Part shown: piece after piece, positions 39,167-48,544 of the stretch | Layout: each line of letters opens with the position of its first letter | Position numbering within the stretch: position 1 is the first letter of the stretch | Source: a virus | Lineage: Duplodnaviria; Caudoviricetes | IMG/VR virus record: IMGVR_UViG_3300036863_000181 | Coordinates: 1,951-65,950 of that record | Direction: 5' to 3' (one strand) | Length of the DNA: 64,000 bases | The notes under the pieces: generated by a model | The model's database searches: none | What the model saw: only the letters and a program-made list of their open reading frames with translations | What the model was told of the DNA's origin: nothing | Translations under genes and position numbers: made by a program

Positions 39167-40380
39167 CAGTATGAATTTATTTGCTTGACATTGCTTCCTG
39201 ATCTGAACCTGGCGCCAGCTTTGGGCTGAATTACTGTCAGGTCCGCTGTTATATCGCCTTTGGCCGCTCTCTGCAGCCAGATGATTGCCGCGTTGTACCT
39301 GTCAACACGTAGCTCGGGTATAGATTTGGGCGCTATCCTGCTGTACAAATGATACAGCACAATATCAACCATATACATCAGCATCTGTTGATTTCGGTTA
39401 TCCCCCTTAGTGAAATAAGTCATTATGATTTGGAAAGCATTCAGGCCCGTTGTGTCCACTGGTACCGGTTCATCAGTGATCGGAACAAAGTGAATGACAA
39501 ACTTTTCCCCCGGATTAAATACAATGCCATTTAACAGTGTAAACCCATTTGCGTTTTTCGTATAGTCAGTCCCGGCCGTGAGTGTGCCGGCGCCAGGTCT
39601 TTCTATTCCATAATGCCAACCGACGAGTGAACCTGGTTGACCCTGCGCCGGCGCTGTGTAGGTACTGGCACCAGCTATAAGATTGGGTGTTGTTCCAGTT
39701 ATTAAATTCAGATCATCCCTTGCCTGAAATAATGTTATGGTCTGCGATGGTGTAGTAGTAAGCAGGTTACCTGCAGGTATAACGAATAGCCCATTGTCGG
39801 TCCAATTGGCTGGCCCATTTACCACATCATCAGGAAACACATTGCGAAAGGGGATATTATTGGTATTGACCAGTTGAATAACTGTTTCGTGATCAAATTG
39901 AATCGAGGCGATTTTACAGGTATAGCTATGATTGTTCCACGATATGTGATCACCTACTTTATACTGACCATAAAGATTAAAAACAGGGTAAGGATAGTTT
40001 CCATAGAAAATGTCAAATTGGTTTCCCAGTAGAACCCAGTGTAAGACATTAAATGCCTCTGGCACGCTAATGGTTGTTGTACACTGGTATATCTTTCCTC
40101 CTTGTAGAGTTAGCTGACCTTGTACATAAGTGGCTGCAGCATTATAAGCTGTTGCATCCAAATATACCCGGTCCGCTGCTGAATATGTTGCTTGTGGATT
40201 GTAAAGACTAGTGTTGGTAAACTCCTTGGCCACGTCATACTTCTGCCTGAGATAAGATGATATTTCGGCCTGGGCCGCGACTTCAGCCAATGGCTGGTAA
40301 GCTGCATTGCCAGAAACAACCTGGCTAATTGATACATCCTGAATAAACCGGTTATAGTCGGAAGGGATTAAATAGCCCAT
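39166..40380 (-). CDS. Head-tail connector (DUF1320 / Mu gp36-like) with large internal insertion
   Basis: N-half AQAEISSYLRQKYD and C-half DIVLYHLYSR...RYNAAIIWL; insertion holds CBM-like repeats and a fibre-like domain. Confidence 0.75.
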   Translation of the reverse strand: MGYLIPSDYNRFIQDVSISQVVSGNAAYQPLAEVAAQAEISSYLRQKYDVAKEFTNTSLYNPQATYSAADRVYLDATAYNAAATYVQGQLTLQGGKIYQCTTTISVPEAFNVLHWVLLGNQFDIFYGNYPYPVFNLYGQYKVGDHISWNNHSYTCKIASIQFDHETVIQLVNTNNIPFRNVFPDDVVNGPANWTDNGLFVIPAGNLLTTTPSQTITLFQARDDLNLITGTTPNLIAGASTYTAPAQGQPGSLVGWHYGIERPGAGTLTAGTDYTKNANGFTLLNGIVFNPGEKFVIHFVPITDEPVPVDTTGLNAFQIIMTYFTKGDNRNQQMLMYMVDIVLYHLYSRIAPKSIPELRVDRYNAAIIWLQRAAKGDITADLTVIQPKAGARFRSGSNVKQINSY

Positions 40381-40467
40381 GACCAAAGTTAAAAACAATT
40401 ACCGGTAAATTGCTAAAGAATTTGGGAATGCTAATAGTTCAAGCAGGTTCTTTCGTTTAATATAAAT

Positions 40468-41829
40468 TTAATAATTATTCTTCGATGGCGCCGGCTTTCC
40501 GGTAGATACTTTTCCTGATCCATACCCCTTGTAATCCATTATAACGTAACGGGCAGGATCTATTAAGTGATTGAATTCATCAATCGGCTCATTGGTATAA
40601 TTCCCGTTCTTATCCTGGGCATACACGTAATTATATATCTCATGCCATAGATCGGCACTTTCTTCAACCGCATGCAGGACCATGCTGTCCATTAACCCCA
40701 ACCCATACTCAACGCTCCCCTGCCCTTTCACACATGGAATAATGTAAAATCCATTAGCCAGGCGCGGATGCTTTACAAACACATCGTCCGGTAATTCCGT
40801 GGTCCGGTACCCGACCTTCAATTTATCAATGGACAATGGATCTGCGCTGTCCGCTACAATTTTGTCAGTGCTACCAAAACCCAGCGTACAATACATTTTT
40901 GCAATATCCAATGTGCTTTTGGGTAAGTAGTTCAATTGCCTGATGTAGCAATTGTTTTTATCAAACTTCAGGCCGACAAGACCTGCAGGTGAAGCGGTTC
41001 CAAAATCCTGACCATATATTTCTTTAAACGGTAGAGCGAGGTAATCAGCAAGTTTAATGGCCTTGACCTTGGTTAATATCTGGCCTTTGCGACCAGTAGA
41101 GGCGTAACCCTGAATGGCAGTAAGGAAGTGATGCAGGTTGTACATATGATGATTAGGATCACCATATCCTTTATACCGATCTATAATGTGCTGTGGCAGG
41201 AAAGGATTATCCTGGTACCCAGTCTGAATGCAAACAACTCCTGGTATATTCTTAGGACTGAGTTTAAAATATCCATTATGCTCCGTGGTTTCTAAAATGA
41301 AATATCTCTTAATTAAGAAATGACCAATATCAGGTACATTCATCATAACAATAACCAGGCAGCCCTCTTTTCTTAGCCCATCAATAAATGTATCAAACTC
41401 TTCTTCACTTCTAAGATCCTCGCACTCTTCAATAGCAGCAATATCGATATCTGAGACCCCTTTCATGTTCGCTTTCTTTTCTAATGCACTTGCCCTGAAC
41501 CCTTTAGTATATACCAACTCTTTTCCTGTCTTCCTCTCAGAAATGCCGCTTTTTAAACGCTCAAAATATCTATCAAGCTGATTATTTGAATTGGCTGTAT
41601 CATATCGCAAAAGAATTTCATTGAGGATGGTGTCCTTTATTAAACTCTTTTCATCACGCAGGATAACACATCTCTTTTTTTTGATCGTAGCCTGGAAAGC
41701 TATAAACTTACTGACTTCATATGTTTTAGCACCGCCACGACCACCAATACAGATTATAGTATTTGTGTCAGTAGGAAGATTATAAAGAATTTTAAACTGC
41801 TCAATTGGAAGTTCTACCTCTATTTCCAC
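40468..41829 (-). CDS. terL: Terminase large subunit
   Basis: GGRGGAKT Walker A, IEECE Walker B, GQDFG and DEFNHLIDPARY nuclease motifs. Confidence 0.92.
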   Translation of the reverse strand: MEIEVELPIEQFKILYNLPTDTNTIICIGGRGGAKTYEVSKFIAFQATIKKKRCVILRDEKSLIKDTILNEILLRYDTANSNNQLDRYFERLKSGISERKTGKELVYTKGFRASALEKKANMKGVSDIDIAAIEECEDLRSEEEFDTFIDGLRKEGCLVIVMMNVPDIGHFLIKRYFILETTEHNGYFKLSPKNIPGVVCIQTGYQDNPFLPQHIIDRYKGYGDPNHHMYNLHHFLTAIQGYASTGRKGQILTKVKAIKLADYLALPFKEIYGQDFGTASPAGLVGLKFDKNNCYIRQLNYLPKSTLDIAKMYCTLGFGSTDKIVADSADPLSIDKLKVGYRTTELPDDVFVKHPRLANGFYIIPCVKGQGSVEYGLGLMDSMVLHAVEESADLWHEIYNYVYAQDKNGNYTNEPIDEFNHLIDPARYVIMDYKGYGSGKVSTGKPAPSKNNY

Positions 41830-41835
41830 TTTGTA

Positions 41836-42309
41836 CTATTTGAAAACTATCGGTAAGCCTGCAAGATCATCGCCGTTTTTATCAGTAAACCGGTTTTCGT
41901 TTTTATCAGCCAACCCCAATTCGCGGGCAATTATTACAGGATTCAAAAGATCAGCGGCCGCGCCTTCCAGCTTTTGTGTATATATAATCTCTTTAATCTT
42001 AGCGCAGACGTCGGAATACTCTTTCTCCTTCTCATATTGATTAAAGGTGTCTCGGGAAATATGGGCAAATATGCAAAACCCGGCAATAGTCATAGCCCTC
42101 ATTTTGTTTACTTTTACTCTTTTCCCGTTAGAAAATACTTTTTCTTCCTTCAAAGGGTTAAGATAAACCCACTTTACATATTCAATTGCTCTATTCCATA
42201 GGGCATTTGGCAGGTAACTTTTCGGCTTTTTAAAACCTTTAGCCAGTAAATAATATGCATTTGCTTTAGGGGCAGCCATATATAACAAATTTACTAAATT
42301 ATTTAGCAA
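41836..42309 (-). CDS. terS: Terminase small subunit (P22 gp3-like)
   Basis: RAMTIAGFCIF...TQKLEGAAADLLNPVIIARELGL. Confidence 0.85.
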   Translation of the reverse strand: MLNNLVNLLYMAAPKANAYYLLAKGFKKPKSYLPNALWNRAIEYVKWVYLNPLKEEKVFSNGKRVKVNKMRAMTIAGFCIFAHISRDTFNQYEKEKEYSDVCAKIKEIIYTQKLEGAAADLLNPVIIARELGLADKNENRFTDKNGDDLAGLPIVFK

Positions 42310-42621
42310 TTATATTCTCATTATCAAATCAATGATCTGCTTTTCCTTTCCCGATAGTTCAGAATAACGCTGATCCAGTACCGAGCTTATATTTGTAATA
42401 GTACCAGGCCTGTACTTAGGGTCGGTCATGAATGATACCACATCCTTGATCCCGTAGAGCTTAATAATTTCAGCCAAATCTTTAATCCCTGGTTCGGCTC
42501 TTCCTTCTTCCCATGAGGCAAGCCGCCTTTGTGGAATACTTAGCATGTTTGCTACCTTTGACTGATACCATGACCGGCTATTGCGCTCTTTTTTAAGGTT
42601 ATTGGAAAATATTGGATTCAT
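42310..42621 (-). CDS. XRE-family HTH regulator
   Basis: QSKVANMLSI...LASWEEGRAEP. Confidence 0.8.
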   Translation of the reverse strand: MNPIFSNNLKKERNSRSWYQSKVANMLSIPQRRLASWEEGRAEPGIKDLAEIIKLYGIKDVVSFMTDPKYRPGTITNISSVLDQRYSELSGKEKQIIDLIMRI

Positions 42622-42902
42622 TTCTCTGCGGTTTTCAAAGCATTTATTTCATCAATACGTTGCTGCCATTTAGATTTTTCATTGAGCTTTTGCTTTCTTT
42701 TTTTCTTAATTCTATTCAATTGAACTAAATACCATACGCCCATTGCCGCCAATATTATTAATAGAATACTTGCCCCGATCCATATAGGGCTAAGTACCCA
42801 CCACCATGACCAATTTATTACTTTGCAAAGCTTTAACACTATGAAAGCCAGTAGCAGCAAGCTGCTGAATGAAACTCCGGTTGATGTTGTTTTGTTTTCC
42901 AT
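42618..42902 (-). CDS. Small membrane protein
   Basis: FIVLKLCKVINWSWWWVLSPIW motif common in phages. Confidence 0.75.
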   Translation of the reverse strand: MENKTTSTGVSFSSLLLLAFIVLKLCKVINWSWWWVLSPIWIGASILLIILAAMGVWYLVQLNRIKKKRKQKLNEKSKWQQRIDEINALKTAEK

Positions 42903-43220
42903 TTACCTGTGCCGTTTTGATTTGAAAATAATAATATCGGGCAACGGATGCCTGTATTCATTCAGCGGATCCTTTACGTATCTACCTTTGTCATCTTTCA
43001 ACTGCACCCAGTATCTGCCTTCAGCAGGGCGCCAGTCAATTGTATCGTCGAGTTCTGCCAGGCAGATGGCCATTCTCTTTTGCCATTCAACGGGCATTGC
43101 CTGCATTACCGATCGCGGAACAGTCAGATATCTAGCATAACTCAATTCAAACCAAAGGCTAATTGGTTCAGGTGATTGACCGTAGAATTCTTCGTTGGTA
43201 TGTTCGTTAATATTCTCCAT
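42903..43220 (-). CDS. Hypothetical phage protein
   Basis: WFELSYARYLTVPRSVMQAMP motif. Confidence 0.7.
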   Translation of the reverse strand: MENINEHTNEEFYGQSPEPISLWFELSYARYLTVPRSVMQAMPVEWQKRMAICLAELDDTIDWRPAEGRYWVQLKDDKGRYVKDPLNEYRHPLPDIIIFKSKRHR

Positions 43221-43246
43221 AAGTTGAGCCCATCACAGGCCAGCTT

Positions 43247-43474
43247 TTAATTTGGGTCAATCCAATGTTTTTCCTGTAATTGCACTGCACACATGTCACG
43301 CATTTGCTGAAACGTTAACATGAGATTATTATAATCATCATGCGTCATTTCGCCGAAATACCTATTCACAATGTCTTTACCGCCTTCGTACAGGTCACCC
43401 AGTTTCTTCAAATGGGCTTTCATATCATCTTTATTGGCTATTTCTCTGGGCATATATTTAAGTTTTAGTTTCAA
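43247..43474 (-). CDS. Hypothetical protein
   Basis: ORF track; coupled overlap. Confidence 0.6.
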   Translation of the reverse strand: MKLKLKYMPREIANKDDMKAHLKKLGDLYEGGKDIVNRYFGEMTHDDYNNLMLTFQQMRDMCAVQLQEKHWIDPN

Positions 43475-43668
43475 TCAACAAATCCCCTGAACCTGACTTT
43501 TGTCCTATCGACAAGCAACTTCTTTGGATTCCCTTTATCATCAGGAATTGGAAGACCTTCATCGTCTTCCAACCAGACAACGAGCTTACCATTTACCAGG
43601 TGGTCGCTGTTATAGGTCCGGCCTTTTAGACCGGATGAGGTAGTTACCAGTTTGCCGGGTGATTTCAT
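43471..43668 (-). CDS. Hypothetical protein
   Basis: ORF track; coupled overlap. Confidence 0.6.
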   Translation of the reverse strand: MKSPGKLVTTSSGLKGRTYNSDHLVNGKLVVWLEDDEGLPIPDDKGNPKKLLVDRTKVRFRGFVD

Positions 43669-43901
43669 GTAAATGGTTTTATTAATTGTTCAGCAATCAA
43701 ATCCCAGCCTAAGCAATCGGCTGCTCTTAAAAAAGTTCCAGGGTAATAATCAACTTTTGGCCGGTATTCATATACCCTTTTATACTTTTCCAGCCAGATA
43801 ACTTTGTCCTCTACCGTTTTTGGAAACCAGGCAAAGCGCCTGATTATTTTGAAGTCGCCTACTTCAGGGATCGGTTTGGTAGGTATTGTTTTTAGTTTCA
43901 T
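43665..43901 (-). CDS. Hypothetical protein
   Basis: RFAWFP...WLEKY motif. Confidence 0.6.
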   Translation of the reverse strand: MKLKTIPTKPIPEVGDFKIIRRFAWFPKTVEDKVIWLEKYKRVYEYRPKVDYYPGTFLRAADCLGWDLIAEQLIKPFT

Positions 43902-43906
43902 ATCCT

Positions 43907-45550
43907 TCAGTTAAAAAGATTATCAGATGCCTTTACCATTCCCCTTTCTGTTATATTCACAAGTTCCTTTGCCACTAACCTTTGCAAAAAGGCATCACGG
44001 CTCGATCTCTTGTATTCAGTACGATTGGTGATTTCTTCCCGGTCAACAGATTTTGGATATGCATTCATCAGTATTTCCAGAATTGGCTTCTCCCCACCAG
44101 GTAAATTGTTAAGCCAATATTCTCGTAGTGCTTTCCCTTTTGGCAGTGGCTTATAAGAGTCGCCTAATGTTTGGATAGCAAATCCTGTTGCTGTTATTCG
44201 ATCATCACTTATTGTGATAAGATCCTTGGCTGAAAGGCGCTGAATGAAAGCGTCTCTGCTGGAGCGTTTATAGCCAGTCAATACAGTGAGCTGAATCCGC
44301 GTTACTCCTTTCTGATGTTGGGCAATTGCCGATAATACTGTTATTTCTCCTTTGCCCAATGTGCCGTTTGAGGCCTTCAATTCACCTTGGTTTTTGAATG
44401 CAGGAATTTTCTGTATTTTCTCTTTTGTTGGAATGACAATGTTGTGATCAGGATATGGACGCCCGTGATAATTAATTTCTTCTGTTTGATATCCACCAGG
44501 TAACCGCAGGTCAGCAGGTTTTACGCCTTCTTCCAAAAACACTTTTGCAGCGTCAGCCGCCAGTTGGAAACCATGCACAACTTCAAGCAATGCCCGGTAT
44601 TGTGATTGCTGTTCCTCATTATGCTTTTTAAGAGCAGCAATCTCATCCTTATACTCTTTCACTAGGATATCAGGCTTAGAGCAGCTCTCCGCTTTTGGCT
44701 CGGTTTTTATCAATTCATCATTCAATTTTGCAAGAATGGATATCAATTTACCGGTTGGTGCCTTAGCCGTAATATTCATATTGGTTCCGGCCTGTGGCAT
44801 TTTACTCTGTGGGGTTTTGATCTTAACCTCATGAACCTCATGAGGTTCTATACTGGTACCAAAGGCATAGAAATAACCTGGTTTCAGATCGCGTAATTTC
44901 ATTCTGTCATTCATCTTACTGAAACCCAATTCTTTTGCCGCACGATCCATGTCAATATCCAGGTAAGTGCGACCTATGAATTTATTATTGCACTCAGCTG
45001 CCACATCTTTGTGAAGCTTACTAATTCGCTGGGTAATAGGAATACCACAGTAACCACGTTTACGGCCTCGGCTGAGAAGATCTTTCACCGCTGGCCCGCT
45101 TTCATATTTATCCTGTTCGCCCGCCAACTTGTGACATTCTTCCAGGAATACGAGTAACGCTGTCCAGTACTGTTGGGGCAATTGCATAAGACTTTCCAGG
45201 AAAAGGCGTGCGAACCTTATACGCTCTCCCATATCCATGTCACTGATATCGAGCACAGCACTAAGCTGGTTTTCTATAATAAATTTGGGTAACTGTTTTG
45301 CCAACTCCATTGATATGGGAACATCCGCATGCTGGCCGCCAATGACAATTATATCGCCATGCACTTCTTTAAGCGTGTAGTATTCACCGTCAATATCCAT
45401 GACCACCCAGGGTATTTTACCATAAGACTCTTCCATGATCACCCGGGCGATGGCAGATTTACCGCCGCCGCTATTTGCCTGGATAAGTAGCCGGCTTTTA
45501 ACCAGGTCCGGTAGATTAATTGTTGTTCCGATGTTGATTGTCTGATCCAT
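43907..45550 (-). CDS. HerA/DUF87-like ATPase with two C-terminal winged-helix repeats
   Basis: ANSGGGKS, VFLEECH, RGRKRG, TQR; duplicated YKRSSRDAFxQRL. Confidence 0.8.
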   Translation of the reverse strand: MDQTINIGTTINLPDLVKSRLLIQANSGGGKSAIARVIMEESYGKIPWVVMDIDGEYYTLKEVHGDIIVIGGQHADVPISMELAKQLPKFIIENQLSAVLDISDMDMGERIRFARLFLESLMQLPQQYWTALLVFLEECHKLAGEQDKYESGPAVKDLLSRGRKRGYCGIPITQRISKLHKDVAAECNNKFIGRTYLDIDMDRAAKELGFSKMNDRMKLRDLKPGYFYAFGTSIEPHEVHEVKIKTPQSKMPQAGTNMNITAKAPTGKLISILAKLNDELIKTEPKAESCSKPDILVKEYKDEIAALKKHNEEQQSQYRALLEVVHGFQLAADAAKVFLEEGVKPADLRLPGGYQTEEINYHGRPYPDHNIVIPTKEKIQKIPAFKNQGELKASNGTLGKGEITVLSAIAQHQKGVTRIQLTVLTGYKRSSRDAFIQRLSAKDLITISDDRITATGFAIQTLGDSYKPLPKGKALREYWLNNLPGGEKPILEILMNAYPKSVDREEITNRTEYKRSSRDAFLQRLVAKELVNITERGMVKASDNLFN

Positions 45551-45579
45551 GGAATATTTTTATGCAGTTTTGTGGAATA

Positions 45580-45981
45580 TTATTTAAATGCTGGTTTGAA
45601 AACAACTTTTGAAGAATCGAATGCCGCCTTATAAAGTAACCAACACCAGTAGGAACTATCATAATACAGGTTCCCTAGCTTGCGGTATTTATCTTTGTGC
45701 GTCCGCAGGTATAGGATTTCGTAATCCTGGGCTTTCCGCTTTAGCATCACCTGATGCATAGTGTTATTCAGGTCTTTAAGTAAAGTATCCATTGCCAGGC
45801 GCTGACGCTTTTGTGAAAGGATCTGATTATTATGATTGATCTTTGCCAGGCTGTCGCCGCTATTATAAGGCTTGACTTGCCTTTGCCCGCAGCCCGCGAG
45901 CAGCGCGATTACCGCCAGCAGCATGATCGCGGCCAGAATGCTGGTATAAAGGTTTTGGGTGTGAGTGTTATGTGGTGTCAT
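45580..45981 (-). CDS. Putative lipoprotein
   Basis: Lipobox LAGC after a hydrophobic stretch. Confidence 0.65.
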   Translation of the reverse strand: MTPHNTHTQNLYTSILAAIMLLAVIALLAGCGQRQVKPYNSGDSLAKINHNNQILSQKRQRLAMDTLLKDLNNTMHQVMLKRKAQDYEILYLRTHKDKYRKLGNLYYDSSYWCWLLYKAAFDSSKVVFKPAFK

Positions 45982-46310
45982 AAATTAAGTGTTGATTGTT
46001 GTGCAGTAGTATCTTTTTCAGATGGCCCCTCGTTAATTGCAGTTACAATATCATTCATCACCTTACAATTCTGGTGAAGGGTAACCATGCTGGTTTTCCA
46101 CTTTTGTAAATCGGCAATTAGTTCATCAAGACCTCGTTCCGTAACCATAAACCGGGATTCTTTCAAAATTGGAATTGTAACAATTTTTTCACTCTTTGCT
46201 ATGTACTGCATACCATCCGTATGAATGATTATTACTTCAAGCTTTGGCTTCAATTTTCCCACGTCTGTGGTGTAGATGGTATTGGCCCGGACTTCAATTA
46301 CCTCTTTCAT
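45978..46310 (-). CDS. Hypothetical protein
   Basis: ORF track. Confidence 0.65.
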   Translation of the reverse strand: MKEVIEVRANTIYTTDVGKLKPKLEVIIIHTDGMQYIAKSEKIVTIPILKESRFMVTERGLDELIADLQKWKTSMVTLHQNCKVMNDIVTAINEGPSEKDTTAQQSTLNL

Positions 46311-46535
46311 GTTGTTACTATTTAAGATTTAGAATCACTTTTTTCGATACGTTATCTCTGATTGTAACCCTTTTAACCTCGTTCATGCTAAAGTATAACC
46401 GTGCATATTTTTCTGCATTTGATTGGCGGCTATACTGAAATTCTTCAGGTTTCCCGGTATTGTAATAAACCTTTACCGTGTATCTTTTTTGGCTCATGGT
46501 TGCTTATTTACTGGTTATTGTTGTGTTATGCAATT

Positions 46536-46745
46536 TTATTTCTCCCAATGCCATACCCATTTTGTTTCTCTGTATTGGGTTATAGTTATTGTTTTAATTT
46601 CATAGCCCTGCCTCGCATAATCGCCAAGTTTTTTACGCTTAAAGCATTCTGGTTTGCCAGCCTCAATAAGCTTACCATCCTTAGTTGTTACGACTAATAC
46701 CGGTTCTAAATTGGCGGCATTGATAGGCTGCTCTGTCTGTATCAT
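46536..46745 (-). CDS. Hypothetical protein
   Basis: ORF track; coupled overlap. Confidence 0.55.
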   Translation of the reverse strand: MIQTEQPINAANLEPVLVVTTKDGKLIEAGKPECFKRKKLGDYARQGYEIKTITITQYRETKWVWHWEK

Positions 46746-47245
46746 TTTTGATAATTTTGTAGTTTAGGATTCTTAACAGTTCCTTTATACATTAATGCAA
46801 GCGGATGCATGGGGGTTCCGTTTTTGTTTTTACCCAAACATTTTGCATTGGGAAAATTTGGAAGCACCTGCCTTATTCTATCTTCTGCTTGCTTGAAAGT
46901 ACCCCAACATACAATTACATCACTGCATTGATCCCCAACTTCTTTAAGTTTGAAATCGTTATCGCCTACCGGGTTTTCGCAGGTAAGTAACTCTTCTGGC
47001 TTTGATGAAATCCATGCAAATAAGTTCATCATGTAGAAACCACCATATCCAAGTGTTGTTAGCATGCTTCTTAGATTATTGATAGTCGGGTCATCCTGAT
47101 CGGCATTCGCGGTTGATGGGTTCAATCCAATGCACATAGCCAATGGCAGGCAGCTATCCCATATTCGCCACAGCTTGTAACGATACTTTCCGCACTGCGA
47201 AAATTCTGCCCCCTTTCCACTATCAAATAAGCTTTCCTGTTTCAT
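46742..47245 (-). CDS. DUF1643 family protein
   Basis: YRYKLWRIW, GLNPSTA, DDPTI and HPL motifs. Confidence 0.85.
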   Translation of the reverse strand: MKQESLFDSGKGAEFSQCGKYRYKLWRIWDSCLPLAMCIGLNPSTANADQDDPTINNLRSMLTTLGYGGFYMMNLFAWISSKPEELLTCENPVGDNDFKLKEVGDQCSDVIVCWGTFKQAEDRIRQVLPNFPNAKCLGKNKNGTPMHPLALMYKGTVKNPKLQNYQK

Positions 47246-47756
47246 TGATCTGTTTTACATTACTTAACTCTGAAATTATCTTCCCATCCCGGTATTGCTC
47301 GGCCGTTATCTTATTAGCCAGATACATTTCTATCCATAGCTGGCGCCATCTATAATACATTTTAACCGCCAACATTCTCCAGTCTGTAAACCTGTTGTTA
47401 TTCAACCTGCTGGCGCGCTTGACAATGAAAGCATTGTGCTTAGATACATAGATCAGCCCATACTTTTTATCAACCTCACTTGGCTTAATTAAATCTTTAG
47501 GGCACACGTAATAGAAAAAGTTCGCGCCCTCTGCCTTATGCTTGTCCTTTTTCAAATCCTTAAAATAGTCGCCGCGGCTGATCTTAATCTCAAATTCTTT
47601 GGTCACACCTTCCTTATCCATGATCCAGTAATCGCACTCCCAGTTGTAGATGAATGCGTTGGGAATCTGGAAGATGAATTTCTGATCATCCAGGCTCTTA
47701 GATAACAGCTTTATTATATTGAGTTCAGTCATCCCTGTCGTTTTACAGCCATCCAA
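47223..47756 (-). CDS. MmcB-like PD-(D/E)xK nuclease-fold protein
   Basis: ECD...EFEIKISRGDY...FYYVCP...YGLI. Confidence 0.7.
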   Translation of the reverse strand: MDGCKTTGMTELNIIKLLSKSLDDQKFIFQIPNAFIYNWECDYWIMDKEGVTKEFEIKISRGDYFKDLKKDKHKAEGANFFYYVCPKDLIKPSEVDKKYGLIYVSKHNAFIVKRASRLNNNRFTDWRMLAVKMYYRWRQLWIEMYLANKITAEQYRDGKIISELSNVKQINETGKLI

Positions 47757-47938
47757 TCATTTATGCCTTTGATCGCGGCTTTGGTTTCATCAATCTGTTT
47801 TTGTATTTCCGGGATCATATCCATTGTATAATGATTTTTACCTGACCATGCTTTGTTGTTTTTAACATATCGCGGAATCATCATTTTGCGATTCTCCAGT
47901 TGCGTTAACCTGTTTTCCAGCTCTTTCTTCAGATTCAT
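47729..47938 (-). CDS. Hypothetical coiled-coil protein
   Basis: ORF track. Confidence 0.55.
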   Translation of the reverse strand: MNLKKELENRLTQLENRKMMIPRYVKNNKAWSGKNHYTMDMIPEIQKQIDETKAAIKGINDWMAVKRQG

Positions 47939-48129
47939 GGCTCCTATTTAATTTTCCTTAATAGCCTAGCAATCACTACTACCGGTCCGTTCTCAAACTT
48001 TACCAGCATATTTCCATTCCTGCCCCTGATACATTTACCATCAGGCCGCCGCACAGCTGAGCACGGTTGGCCCTTGTATTTCGGATCCGTGTGTTTATCG
48101 CCCAGGTATATGTATTCCACAGACTTATT

Positions 48130-48543
48130 TTAAAATGGTAAATCATCTTCATCGGTAATAATAATGTGCATGTCCTTGTTTTGCCGATCCTCAGGTTCAT
48201 CTTCACCACATGTACATGTTGAATAATCATTCGCAATTTCACCGCCGCACGTAGAGCATTTATAAGAATAGCTATCGTCATCGTCCTCAAAATCATTGAT
48301 CATGCTATCATAGAACCCATTTGCCCAGCGTGCCCTTTCCTCGTCCACCTCCTCATAATGGTATATCTCCTGCTTTGTTTCAGGATCAATATGCATACGT
48401 ATTTTAACCTCAGAATTACATTTGCTGCAAAAGGGAATTTTTCCCCATTCGTCATCGGATAATTGAACATTTATATATTCAACCTCATCTGACAACCGTT
48501 TTCCACATTTTGGACAATCATATATATTAAGTAGGTTGTACAT
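48130..48543 (-). CDS. Acidic Zn-finger protein
   Basis: Multiple CxxC; SSB-like C-terminal DDLPF tail. Confidence 0.65.
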   Translation of the reverse strand: MYNLLNIYDCPKCGKRLSDEVEYINVQLSDDEWGKIPFCSKCNSEVKIRMHIDPETKQEIYHYEEVDEERARWANGFYDSMINDFEDDDDSYSYKCSTCGGEIANDYSTCTCGEDEPEDRQNKDMHIIITDEDDLPF

Positions 48544-48544
48544 C

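Noticed and set aside
39160-39170. Other CTGATGA matches (here on the minus strand, and near 49100 on the plus strand)
   Set aside because: No stem II plus GAAA or GUH with pairing arms; both lie in coding sequence
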